Source: a virus
IMG/VR virus record: IMGVR_UViG_3300008116_000055
Location: 99,542-163,541 of that record
Reading direction: 5' to 3' (one strand)
Length of the DNA: 64,000 nt
The notes beneath the pieces are model-generated. The model was not told where the DNA came from, searched no databases, and saw only the letters and a list, made by a program, of their open reading frames with translations. Numbering within the stretch: the first letter of the stretch is position 1; each line of letters opens with the position of its first letter. Shown in pieces: positions 10,433 through 19,131 of the stretch. Made by a program: the position numbers and the translations under genes.

Positions 10433-11886
10433 CTTAATTGTTTGATATTTTTTCTAATTTCAGGTGAGTTTATGTACTGACCTAAGACTTGTTTTAATTC
10501 AACATCAACCTTTTCAAATTTTGATGCCATATCAATCATTACCACACTGTTTGTGTCAATGAATGTTTTACGTTTTTTAAGTAAAGTTTTCAACGCAAAA
10601 TCTAAGTTATAAATTGATGTTTCTAAATTAATATCAAACCAATCAATCATTTTTAAATTTGTAGATGTAGTGGCAAAAAAGTCACTAATACTACCAAAAT
10701 TGTTTGGAAAGTGTCCGTGTAAAATATTGAAAAAAGATGATTTGTTTTTAAAAATTAAATTGAACTGTTCGTTGTTTTGAACTATATCCAATCCATTTGA
10801 AAAAATTGTTCGGTCGTTTTCTAATACTGTAGGAAAGACGCACCCAAAAGTATTTTTTTCACTCTTAAATATTGAATACATACTTGAGAAAACGTCGTTC
10901 AATACGGTAACAGTATCATTACTGAAAAATAACAAATCTGTTTTTGATTCCATAAACGATTCATCCCATTTCAGTACTGATAAGTTTTTATTTAATGTAT
11001 CAAAAAAACCCTCGTAAATTTTAATATTTTCAGATTCAAATTCTCTAATATTGTCTATATTGGTATCCGTCGAGATGAGTGAAATCTGTAAACTATCAAA
11101 CACTGGTAATTTTTTTATGTTTTCAAAAAACTGAATTAAATTTTCATTATCGTTTGATGTTTGAACTATTAAATTAAATTTATCTTTAAACTGTTTTGGT
11201 TTGGTTATGTCATAATCAATTTTTGGTGTTATATTAATTGGTAGGTTCTCTTTAAATTTTTCAATGTAAAATTCCCTATTCTTTTCCCAAGAATCATTGG
11301 TCATTCCGATTGATTTGTGAGTGATTCTTATGTTGTATATAACACCGATGTTTACCTCACTTAAGTGATTGCTAGTACAGAATACCATATCATAAAAATG
11401 AAAACCCGGTACTGACTCATCAAAAGTGTGTTTTATTCTGTTTTTGTGGATTCCAATGAATAAACCATCCACTAAACAAACTTCGTGAATTGAATTTGGG
11501 ATTCCATTTGCATATCTCGATTCCCATTTTTTACCCTCATTTTCATGATTAACAATACCAACCATTTTGGTATTATCTGTCCACCACCTACCACTCTCAT
11601 GAATATTGGTTGTACCGGCAACACCGAGAATCCCGTAGTCAGATTCTTCAAAATGTTTGACTAATTTTCTACCCCACGAAGTCGTATTAAAGTAAATGTC
11701 ATCATGACAAAGTACGACAATATCATGAATCGACTCTTGAATAATTTCATTGTAAGTTTGTGAAAGACTTTTTTCACCATTGTTTACTTTTTCAATAACT
11801 TGAACTTTGGGGTGTCCACAAGTTTTTTTTAAATATTCTTGAAATTTTGGGTTGGACTCTCTTGTACTGTAACCTATTGTAATCAT
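10429..11886 (-). CDS. multidomain glycosyltransferase-like protein (first gene of the glycan operon)
   Basis: 485 aa. N-terminal MITIGYSTRESNP...VVLCHDDIYF resembles a GT2 domain. The C-terminal half is unassigned. Confidence 0.45.
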   Translation of the reverse strand: MITIGYSTRESNPKFQEYLKKTCGHPKVQVIEKVNNGEKSLSQTYNEIIQESIHDIVVLCHDDIYFNTTSWGRKLVKHFEESDYGILGVAGTTNIHESGRWWTDNTKMVGIVNHENEGKKWESRYANGIPNSIHEVCLVDGLFIGIHKNRIKHTFDESVPGFHFYDMVFCTSNHLSEVNIGVIYNIRITHKSIGMTNDSWEKNREFYIEKFKENLPINITPKIDYDITKPKQFKDKFNLIVQTSNDNENLIQFFENIKKLPVFDSLQISLISTDTNIDNIREFESENIKIYEGFFDTLNKNLSVLKWDESFMESKTDLLFFSNDTVTVLNDVFSSMYSIFKSEKNTFGCVFPTVLENDRTIFSNGLDIVQNNEQFNLIFKNKSSFFNILHGHFPNNFGSISDFFATTSTNLKMIDWFDINLETSIYNLDFALKTLLKKRKTFIDTNSVVMIDMASKFEKVDVELKQVLGQYINSPEIRKNIKQLR

Positions 11887-11935
11887 TTTTTTGTTTTAAA
11901 ATATTGATGATAATATAAGAAATAAAATTCACAAC

Positions 11936-12136
11936 TTAAAATTTGGAACCGTTTGGTGCAAGACCGTTGTGATTATCAATTTGTTTTCTAAAATCTTCTC
12001 TAGTGTTATATAGGTCAAGAGCTCGGTTTACTAATTTTTGTAGATTGATTGAACCATCTACACTTTTTATCTTAAATCTTTTATAAACATCATCTATGAT
12101 GTTAACGCTGGTTAGTTTTGTTTGTTGTTTAGGCAT
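11936..12136 (-). CDS. putative ribbon-helix-helix DNA-binding protein
   Basis: Track ORF 11936..12175 starts at TTG. First ATG at 12136 gives MPKQQTKLTSVNIIDDVYKRFK...VNRALDLY, an RHH (Arc/CopG)-like pattern. Confidence 0.35.
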   Translation of the reverse strand: MPKQQTKLTSVNIIDDVYKRFKIKSVDGSINLQKLVNRALDLYNTREDFRKQIDNHNGLAPNGSKF

Positions 12137-12180
12137 AATATAAGTATATAAATTTATATATATTATAAAAGACAAAAAAT

Positions 12181-12207
12181 ATCGGACAATTTATTAGACT
12201 GTCCGAT
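12181..12207 (-). terminator. inverted repeat ATCGGACA-N11-TGTCCGAT followed (minus sense) by a T-run; terminator or operator
   Basis: 8-bp perfect inverted repeat read directly, between the stop of 12213..12398 and the RHH gene. Confidence 0.3.
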
Positions 12208-12212
12208 ACAAT

Positions 12213-12398
12213 TTATTGTCCTTCTGTGTTTTCTTCGTTAGTTTGATTGTTAATCTCCTCAACCTTTTTTATGATTTGGTCAAGTTGTTGTTCCATAATT
12301 GTAATCTCCTGTGGAGGTGTTGAACCACCTTCGGTTAGTTGAATGTTTACCGTTTGATTACTAACAGGTTGGTTTCTTTTTTTACATCCGCATCCCAT
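12213..12398 (-). CDS. hypothetical small protein
   Basis: 61 aa ORF divergent from the methyltransferase gene. Confidence 0.3.
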   Translation of the reverse strand: MGCGCKKRNQPVSNQTVNIQLTEGGSTPPQEITIMEQQLDQIIKKVEEINNQTNEENTEGQ

Positions 12399-12485
12399 GA
12401 TTTTAAGTTTTTTTATAAATATTTTGGTTTATTGTTTTTTATTCGTTATCTTTTGTAATAATAATAAATAGAAAACAATTTGTCA

Positions 12486-13334
12486 ATGGAAATGAATAAA
12501 ATTTATCAGGGTGACTGCTTAGAACTGTTTAAGGAGTTAAATGACGGTACTGTAGACCTCTTTGTTACGAGTCCACCGTACAATGTCGGTATTAGTTATG
12601 ATGTGCACAAAGACGATGCTCCGATGGATGAGTATTTTGAGTGGTGTAAGAAATGGTTATCCGAAGTTTACCGTACATTAAAAGATGATGGTAGAATTGC
12701 CTTGAATATACCATATGAAATAAACGTTAGAGAAAGAGGTGGGAGAATTTTCTTAGTATCTGAATATTGGCAGATGATGAAAGAGATTGGTTTTGGATTC
12801 TTTGGTGTTGTGGACTTAGAGGAGGATTCTCCACACCGTTCTAAAACAACCGCTTGGGGTTCTTGGATGTCACCATCATCACCATACATATACAATCCAA
12901 AAGAATGTGTAATTCTTGCATATAAGAAAGATTACAAAAAGAAAGAAAAAGGTATATCTCAATGGTCTTATAATCAGATTGAGGTCGAAAACGAGGAAGG
13001 TAATTTTAAAAACAAAAGGGTTTATTCAGATAAAGACAAAAACGAATTCATGGAATTAGTCTTTGGTCAATGGAAATACTTCAACGACACAAAATCTTTA
13101 ACTAAAGCCACATTCTCCATGGACATCCCAATGAAAGCAATAAAAATACTTTCCTATCAAAATGACCTGATTGTTGATTGTTTTTCAGGAAGTGGAACCA
13201 CCGCTTTGTCAGCTAAGAAGCTGAATAGAAATTATATTGGTTTTGAGTTATCAGAATCTTACACAAAGATATCTCAACAGAGATTGATTGATTATGATAA
13301 CCAAAAGAAACAACTGGTAATGTTTGAAGAATAA
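12486..13334 (+). CDS. DNA methyltransferase, beta-class (N4-cytosine or N6-adenine), orphan
   Basis: Track ORF from TTG at 12480; first ATG 12486. DLFVTSPPYNVGISYD (motif IV, SPPY) precedes IVDCFSGSGTTALSA (motif I, FxGxG). This circularly permuted order defines beta-class amino-MTases. No adjacent nuclease gene. Confidence 0.8.
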   Translation: MEMNKIYQGDCLELFKELNDGTVDLFVTSPPYNVGISYDVHKDDAPMDEYFEWCKKWLSEVYRTLKDDGRIALNIPYEINVRERGGRIFLVSEYWQMMKEIGFGFFGVVDLEEDSPHRSKTTAWGSWMSPSSPYIYNPKECVILAYKKDYKKKEKGISQWSYNQIEVENEEGNFKNKRVYSDKDKNEFMELVFGQWKYFNDTKSLTKATFSMDIPMKAIKILSYQNDLIVDCFSGSGTTALSAKKLNRNYIGFELSESYTKISQQRLIDYDNQKKQLVMFEE

Positions 13335-13336
13335 AA

Positions 13337-13732
13337 TTAACGGACAGGATTCATAGGTGTTCCCAAATACATATTAACTCGGTCACCTTCTTTAAATTTA
13401 TCAGTAACACCGGCGGGAAACTCAATAACATGGTCACCTATGCCGGTGTATCTTTTTGGGTTCAATTCATTTTGACCAGCGGGTTCACAATTTCTATGTA
13501 TTTTACTGATTCTATTTTTCAATACAAAAACAATATCCAAAGGTATTAAACAGTTTTTCATCCAAAAAGAATGGTGACCAACACCACCCATATTAAAAAC
13601 CATACAACCATTTAAATTATCTCTACCCATCATACCTTGACTAATTTCTTCAGGTTCGGATAGGTATTCCGCAGGGAACTTTGTATTATTAATAATCACT
13701 GACATATTTTTATAAATATTTGACTTTATCAT
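13337..13732 (-). CDS. DUF192-family protein
   Basis: 131 aa. GMMGR...FWMKNCLIPLDIVF matches the DUF192 (COG1430) signature. Convergent with the methyltransferase. Confidence 0.55.
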   Translation of the reverse strand: MIKSNIYKNMSVIINNTKFPAEYLSEPEEISQGMMGRDNLNGCMVFNMGGVGHHSFWMKNCLIPLDIVFVLKNRISKIHRNCEPAGQNELNPKRYTGIGDHVIEFPAGVTDKFKEGDRVNMYLGTPMNPVR

Positions 13733-13756
13733 ATTTGTTTACTATATTTTAATATC

Positions 13757-14002
13757 ATGAAAGGACTATTCAACGACCAATTAAATTTTGACAATAATGA
13801 TGAATTGGAAATGGTTTTAGATAATTTAAACCCACAGATGGCAATTCAAATTATTGAAATGGGTTTACAACATGGTCATTATTCCGGTGTTTTTAACATG
13901 AGGGAAACACACACGTTATATAAAACAATTCAATACTTAAAAACATATGAATATAAGGACAATAATTTACGTACTGATGATTCTGACGGGAATCATAATT
14001 GA
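13757..14002 (+). CDS. hypothetical protein
   Basis: 81 aa ORF, first gene of the plus-strand block. Confidence 0.35.
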   Translation: MKGLFNDQLNFDNNDELEMVLDNLNPQMAIQIIEMGLQHGHYSGVFNMRETHTLYKTIQYLKTYEYKDNNLRTDDSDGNHN

Positions 14003-14112
14003 AAAATACGGAATGAACACCAGTAATCCCGAGATTGAAAAATATTTTGGATTTGGTATAATTTCTCTTGGTTCATTCAATATAGTTTTAGATTATTTAA
14101 AAAAGAAAAAAA

Positions 14113-14322
14113 ATGTCAAATAAAGAAAAGAAATACATCACGGATTTTTTTGTAATAAGAAAGAAATACCATTGGTTTCTTTTACCAACTCCCATATTTT
14201 ACTACCGTAAAGACACGTTTTTTGAAACCGGTGCAACCTCACCAAGCTGGGGTTTGGCTTTGAGATTCTTAATTTTTATGGTCGGTATTCAGATACAGAA
14301 AAACATATATTATAAAAAATGA
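14113..14322 (+). CDS. hypothetical small hydrophobic protein
   Basis: 69 aa ORF, 4-nt overlap with the GS gene. Confidence 0.3.
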   Translation: MSNKEKKYITDFFVIRKKYHWFLLPTPIFYYRKDTFFETGATSPSWGLALRFLIFMVGIQIQKNIYYKK

Positions 14323-15443
14323 AAACAAAAGTAGAATACGTATGGCTTGATGGGTATTCCCCTGAGCCAAATCTCAGAAGTAAAATAAAAATTGTGGACC
14401 TACCGGCACCATTTGAATTGAAACACATCCCCAATTGGGGGTTTGACGGAAGCTCAACTAAACAAGCGGAAGGTAACTTTTCAGATTGTTATCTTAAGCC
14501 AGTAAAATTATATCATACAAATAGTTCACTTGATACAGTATATGTATTATGTGAGGTTTTAGATGGTAATAATGAAATTCATCCATCAAATCATAGAGCA
14601 AAAGTAGGTGAGGAAGATGTAAATTTTTGGGTTGGATTTGAACAGGAATATTTTATTCGTTCTTCACATAATAATCCAATTCTTGGATTTGAAAGAAATG
14701 GTATCATTGACGGTCAAGGAATTTATTATTGTGGTGTAGGTGGACATATTGTTGGTCGAAATATTTCTGATGAACATTTGAACATGTGTTTAAAATATGA
14801 CATCAATGTGGAGGGAACCAATTCAGAGGTTGCATTAGGTCAATGGGAATACCAAATTTTTGCAACAGGTAAAATTGCCGCTTCTGATGATTTATGGATG
14901 AGTAGATATTTTTTACATAAAATTGCTGAGAAATATGGTCGTTCTATTGAGTTACATCCCAAACCGATGACCCACGGAGAATGGAACGGTTCAGGTTTAC
15001 ATACAAATTTCTCAAATCAAAAAATGAGAGAAGAGGGTGGTGAACAATACTTCAATGCAATTTTTAGGTCTTTTGAATCAAGAACACAAGAACATATTGA
15101 CTCTTATGGTTCTGATAACCATTTGAGATTAACAGGTCATTTTGAGACACAATCTATTGATAAATTTAGTTGGGGTGTCTCAGACAGAGGTGCATCTATC
15201 CGTGTACCAAAATCCGTTGGTGAGACATGGAAGGGTTATCTTGAAGACAGGAGACCAGCATCACACGCGGACCCATATAAAATCGTTAAAGTGATTAGTG
15301 ATAGTTTATCATTAGCCGAAGAATTAAATAATGTTCATCACATGATGAATGTTGAAATAGACACCGAAAAAATTGTAAATAAATACGGTACACTTTCAGG
15401 GGAGGAACTCTTGGAAAGTTATCGAAAAGATGAAGAAGAATAA
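14319..15443 (+). CDS. glutamine synthetase, type II (eukaryote-like)
   Basis: 374 aa. YVWLDG...LRSK N-terminal beta-grasp, NWGFDGSSTKQAEGNFSDCYL, FEQEY and GQWEYQI metal-binding blocks, HPKP...NGSGLHTNFS, NHLRLTGHFETQSIDKFSWGVSDRGASIRVP. Essentially all GSII catalytic signatures are present. Confidence 0.85.
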   Translation: MKTKVEYVWLDGYSPEPNLRSKIKIVDLPAPFELKHIPNWGFDGSSTKQAEGNFSDCYLKPVKLYHTNSSLDTVYVLCEVLDGNNEIHPSNHRAKVGEEDVNFWVGFEQEYFIRSSHNNPILGFERNGIIDGQGIYYCGVGGHIVGRNISDEHLNMCLKYDINVEGTNSEVALGQWEYQIFATGKIAASDDLWMSRYFLHKIAEKYGRSIELHPKPMTHGEWNGSGLHTNFSNQKMREEGGEQYFNAIFRSFESRTQEHIDSYGSDNHLRLTGHFETQSIDKFSWGVSDRGASIRVPKSVGETWKGYLEDRRPASHADPYKIVKVISDSLSLAEELNNVHHMMNVEIDTEKIVNKYGTLSGEELLESYRKDEEE

Positions 15444-15449
15444 AATACC

Positions 15450-15614
15450 ATGGGAAAAAAAGACAAAGAACATAGAAAAAAAGTTCAAGCTCGTAATCAA
15501 AGATTAAAGAGAGAAGAGTCCACATTGATGAATTTATTTAAGAAAATGCAAGAGACTAAAAATTCTGAATCAATAAATCAAGAATCGGAATCAAATAAAA
15601 ATCAAGAAATATAA
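15450..15614 (+). CDS. hypothetical small basic protein (54 aa, below track threshold)
   Basis: ATG...MGKKDKEHRKKVQARNQRLKREES... hand-translated. Fills the gap between GS and the next gene. Confidence 0.3.
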   Translation: MGKKDKEHRKKVQARNQRLKREESTLMNLFKKMQETKNSESINQESESNKNQEI

Positions 15615-15621
15615 ATTAATT

Positions 15622-15792
15622 ATGGTAAGTCAACAAATTTTAGATACGTTCATTTATGAAACATTAAACGGACAATTTGGTGTGTCCGACCCAACAGAAT
15701 TTGACCAAACTATTGGGGTTTTTGCAACTAAAATAGAAGCGGAAAACGCATTAAAAGAATACATTATTAGAGAACAAATAACTTTTGAGTAA
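15622..15792 (+). CDS. hypothetical small protein (56 aa)
   Basis: Hand-translated MVSQQILDTFIYETLNGQFGV... Its TAA overlaps the ATG of the thioesterase gene (TAATG). Confidence 0.3.
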   Translation: MVSQQILDTFIYETLNGQFGVSDPTEFDQTIGVFATKIEAENALKEYIIREQITFE

Positions 15793-16220
15793 TGGAATTT
15801 TTGAATTCACACCCCATAAAAAAGTCGGATTTAGGATTCCACGGAAATTTATTCGGTGGAAAACTTTTAGCGTGGATTGACGCGGCGGCTGCGGGATACT
15901 CCATGCAATTGTGTGATTCACCAAGATTAGTTACCGTATCAATTGATAAATGTTTTTTTGAAAAACCAGCCAAAGAGGGTCAGTTGATTAAAATTTACGG
16001 GTCACCAAGTAAATTAGGGAATACTTCAGTTACCTTGTATATGGAAGCAAGAGCACATAATGTTTACACAGGTAACCAAATTGTCATCTTGAAAACAAAC
16101 ATAAGGTTTGTTAGGATTGATGAAGAAGGTAATCCGGTACCAATTGGTGAAAAAGGTAGGAGTAGAATTCAAAAATTAATTGACATAAGAGATTCTGAAC
16201 AAAACGATGTCAACCCTTAA
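15792..16220 (+). CDS. acyl-CoA thioesterase (hotdog fold, YciA-like)
   Basis: 142 aa. FHGNLFGGKLLAWIDAAAAGYSMQ and VTVSID...F hotdog-thioesterase pattern. Confidence 0.7.
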   Translation: MEFLNSHPIKKSDLGFHGNLFGGKLLAWIDAAAAGYSMQLCDSPRLVTVSIDKCFFEKPAKEGQLIKIYGSPSKLGNTSVTLYMEARAHNVYTGNQIVILKTNIRFVRIDEEGNPVPIGEKGRSRIQKLIDIRDSEQNDVNP

Positions 16221-16380
16221 AAGACAATATAAAATTTACATTAAACAAAATCCCAACTCAAATCTTTCTTATGAGGAATGGGAAAAAAATTTTTTGGAAA
16301 ATTTGAAATTGGGTATGGAATTAGGTGACGATTTTTCAGATTGGGACGTAACTTTAATGGACGGTTTGGAGGATGAATAA
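16207..16380 (+). CDS. hypothetical small protein (57 aa)
   Basis: Hand-translated MSTLKRQYKIYIKQNPNSNLSYEEWEKNFLENLKLGMELGDDFSDWDVTLMDGLEDE. ATGA-coupled to the next gene. Confidence 0.3.
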   Translation: MSTLKRQYKIYIKQNPNSNLSYEEWEKNFLENLKLGMELGDDFSDWDVTLMDGLEDE

Positions 16381-16777
16381 AAAGAAACCTGATATTGTTG
16401 TTTGGGATGAAACAAATGGGTACGACGCTAATAGAAAGCATTATCCTACCAGTATCGGTTCGCCAAAATTTGAATTACCTAATGTGGGTCTCGTAAAAAA
16501 AGAGTCCTCAAAAAAAATGATTGATGTCTTTAATCGTCAAAGAGAAGAAATCATTCAATCAATAGAAAAACTTCAAAGAGAGTATGTGGATTCAATAATG
16601 GTTTGGGAATCAAAAATTTCTTTTGACCCAATTGTTGGTGAAACATATTACTTATATAATTTTAATGGTGTAAATACATTATCATTATTATCACCAAAAG
16701 ATTGGAATCGGGGTGACGATTTTATTGGTGCTTTTACATTAAATTCAGATAGAAAATGGGTTAGAAATGAAAGGTAA
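16373..16777 (+). CDS. hypothetical protein
   Basis: 134 aa ORF. Confidence 0.4.
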   Translation: MNKKKPDIVVWDETNGYDANRKHYPTSIGSPKFELPNVGLVKKESSKKMIDVFNRQREEIIQSIEKLQREYVDSIMVWESKISFDPIVGETYYLYNFNGVNTLSLLSPKDWNRGDDFIGAFTLNSDRKWVRNER

Positions 16778-17381
16778 ATTAATATATCAAAAAAAATCTG
16801 ACGAACTTATTAACAGTGTCGAAGGATGGTTTATTGTTTCTGAAGATTCATCAAAGAATTTTGAAGCATCAAAAGAAACTTTAGAAAAAATAAAAAGCGG
16901 AAAATATGATGTAAAAGACGGTGATGAAGTCGAGTATGTTTTAAAAACAAATTGTCAAGTAATGTACGATGATATTTTTCATAGTACAATTGCTGACATC
17001 ATAATAACGCAAAAAATGGTTAGTCGGGTTTTTCTGATTGATATTGATGGGACAATTTGTGACGACATTAAAAATGAAGATTCACATCTTTATCCGACAG
17101 CTAACCATTACCCAAACGCGTTGGGTATCATCAACAAATGGTACGATGAGGGAAATGTAATTACATTTTTTACCGCTCGTGAAAGTAAAGACCGTGAAGT
17201 AACCGAAACATGGTTAAAAGAAAAAGGTTTTAAATATCACGGATTGGTTATGGACAAACCAAGAATCAAAGATGACCAAGAATATGTGTGGATTGATAAT
17301 AGAAAAGTCAGAGCGATTACGTATCTTGGAACGTGGTCTGAATTAAAAGAAGTAGACGCAAAAATTCAAACATTTGAGTAA
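16767..17381 (+). CDS. HAD-superfamily phosphatase
   Basis: 204 aa. VFLIDIDGTICDD (motif I DxDGT), FFTARESK (motif II T/S), later K...D-x-D/N (WIDNRK). 1-nt overlap with the ThyA-like gene. Confidence 0.5.
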   Translation: MKGKLIYQKKSDELINSVEGWFIVSEDSSKNFEASKETLEKIKSGKYDVKDGDEVEYVLKTNCQVMYDDIFHSTIADIIITQKMVSRVFLIDIDGTICDDIKNEDSHLYPTANHYPNALGIINKWYDEGNVITFFTARESKDREVTETWLKEKGFKYHGLVMDKPRIKDDQEYVWIDNRKVRAITYLGTWSELKEVDAKIQTFE

Positions 17382-18706
17382 TGAACAAATTAGATAAACA
17401 ATACACAGACTTACTCCAAACTATTATAGATTATGGGGTAGAAAAGAAAGACCGTACAGGTACAGGAACCAAATCTATTTTTGGTTATACAATCCGTCAT
17501 AAAATGTCCGATGGGTTTCCATTACTTACAACCAAGAAAATGGCGTGGAAGACGATGGTAACCGAATTGTTATGGTTCCTTCGTGGTGATACAAACATCA
17601 AGTTCCTTGTTGATAACAATTGTCATATTTGGGATGGTGATGCGTATAAGAACTATCTAATTGAAGATGCCAAAATCTTACCTAATATGTCAAAAGAAAA
17701 AATGTTAGAGTTAGGATTTCGATTAACAAAAGAAGAATTCATCAACAAAATAAAAACCGATGATGAGTTTGCTAAGAAGTGGGGTGACCTCGGACCTGTG
17801 TATGGTAAGCAATGGAGAAGATGGGGTAGAAAGAATGTGACTAATTACGACTTAAAGGATGTAAAAGGTTCTGACCAACACAGAGTACTAAAAGCAATTG
17901 AAATCGGTGAAGATGTTACCAAGTATGGTGTCAAAATAGAATACCAAAACAATTCAATAGACCAAATCACAAACCTAATCAACGACCTTAAAACAAATCC
18001 AGACTCAAGACGATTAATGGTCAATGCTTGGAATGTTGGAGAGCTGGACCAAATGGTTCTTCCACCTTGTCATTATGGATTTCAAGTTTATACGAGAGAG
18101 TTGAGTTTAGATGAAAGGATTAATTATTATAACTCAACAAAAGACCCTTTAAATCAAAGTAGTGATTATCACGATGTTCACATGGATAGTTTAAGAGTTC
18201 CTAAACGAGCAATCTCTTTAATGTGGAATCAACGCTCAGTAGACACATTCTTAGGTCTACCATTCAATATTGCTTCTTACGGTTTGTTACTTGAGATTAT
18301 TGCTAAAGAAGTAAATATGGTACCTGATGAGTTGATTGGTAATTTAGGTGATACTCATTTGTATAGTAACCATGTTGAACAAGCAAGAGAACAAATCGGT
18401 AGAAAGTATACACATGAAGAGAGAGAAGGTATGTTAAAAGAGGCGATGGGTCCTAATGGTTATAAAAGTGCGTTGAAAGACTTAGCACCATTTGGTGGAG
18501 GTATGTCTGAATATTATGAGATATATAAAATACCACGATACACAAGAGAACCTTATAAATTACCCAAACTAAAACATATGAAGACCGATGAATTTTATAA
18601 ATCATTATCTGAAGACTCATCTTTAATAACTCATTTGGAAAATAAGGATTTTCAAATCGAAAATTATCAATCACACCCATCGATTAAAGCACCCTTAAGT
18701 AATTAA
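17381..18706 (+). CDS. thyA: thymidylate synthase ThyA homologue with four large insertions
   Basis: 441 aa. RTGTGT, LGPVYGKQWR, DQI..L...LK.NPDSRRLMVNAWN, LPPCH (catalytic Cys), LMWNQRSVDTFLGLPFNIASY, GDTHLYSNH all present. About 150 extra residues are distributed in four inserts relative to bacterial ThyA. Confidence 0.85.
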   Translation: MNKLDKQYTDLLQTIIDYGVEKKDRTGTGTKSIFGYTIRHKMSDGFPLLTTKKMAWKTMVTELLWFLRGDTNIKFLVDNNCHIWDGDAYKNYLIEDAKILPNMSKEKMLELGFRLTKEEFINKIKTDDEFAKKWGDLGPVYGKQWRRWGRKNVTNYDLKDVKGSDQHRVLKAIEIGEDVTKYGVKIEYQNNSIDQITNLINDLKTNPDSRRLMVNAWNVGELDQMVLPPCHYGFQVYTRELSLDERINYYNSTKDPLNQSSDYHDVHMDSLRVPKRAISLMWNQRSVDTFLGLPFNIASYGLLLEIIAKEVNMVPDELIGNLGDTHLYSNHVEQAREQIGRKYTHEEREGMLKEAMGPNGYKSALKDLAPFGGGMSEYYEIYKIPRYTREPYKLPKLKHMKTDEFYKSLSEDSSLITHLENKDFQIENYQSHPSIKAPLSN

Positions 18707-18709
18707 ACT

Positions 18710-18865
18710 ATGAAAATAAGTATTGACAAAGTTGTATATCAATCTTATATTTTACCATATGTTAAAATAACATATAACAGTTGGTTAAATGGTGATTATG
18801 AATTAATAATTGGTTGGTTTAGTTATCAATTGGTTATTGGTTATACACCAAAACATAACAGATAA
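18710..18865 (+). CDS. hypothetical small protein (51 aa)
   Basis: Hand-translated MKISIDKVVYQSYILPYVKITYNSWLNGDYELIIGWFSYQLVIGYTPKHNR. Confidence 0.25.
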   Translation: MKISIDKVVYQSYILPYVKITYNSWLNGDYELIIGWFSYQLVIGYTPKHNR

Positions 18866-18878
18866 TTGAAAAATATAG

Positions 18879-19127
18879 ATGATTAAATTTTTAAAACTGC
18901 TATTGATGAAACTTAGGCGTTTAAATTCCCCAACAATAGTTGAACCAGTAAAATGGTCAGTAGAGGATTTTAATAAAGCCAAAAAATGGGCCCAATCAAG
19001 ATTACACCCTTCTTATAATGATAGAACAATATGGGACGTGGTTTATAGTGTAAGATATGATACTGCCGAAGTTCTTCACGAAATAAATAAGTTCATAGTT
19101 ATAGAAAATAAAAATAAAAACAAATAA
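18879..19127 (+). CDS. hypothetical protein
   Basis: 82 aa ORF. Confidence 0.35.
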   Translation: MIKFLKLLLMKLRRLNSPTIVEPVKWSVEDFNKAKKWAQSRLHPSYNDRTIWDVVYSVRYDTAEVLHEINKFIVIENKNKNK

Positions 19128-19131
19128 AAAA

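Noticed and set aside
18800-18850. TTGGTT-rich quasi-repeat (ATTGGTTGGTTTAGTTATCAATTGGTTATTGGTT)
   Set aside because: It falls within a plausible small ORF (IIGWFSYQLVIGY). Low-complexity coding sequence explains it adequately.
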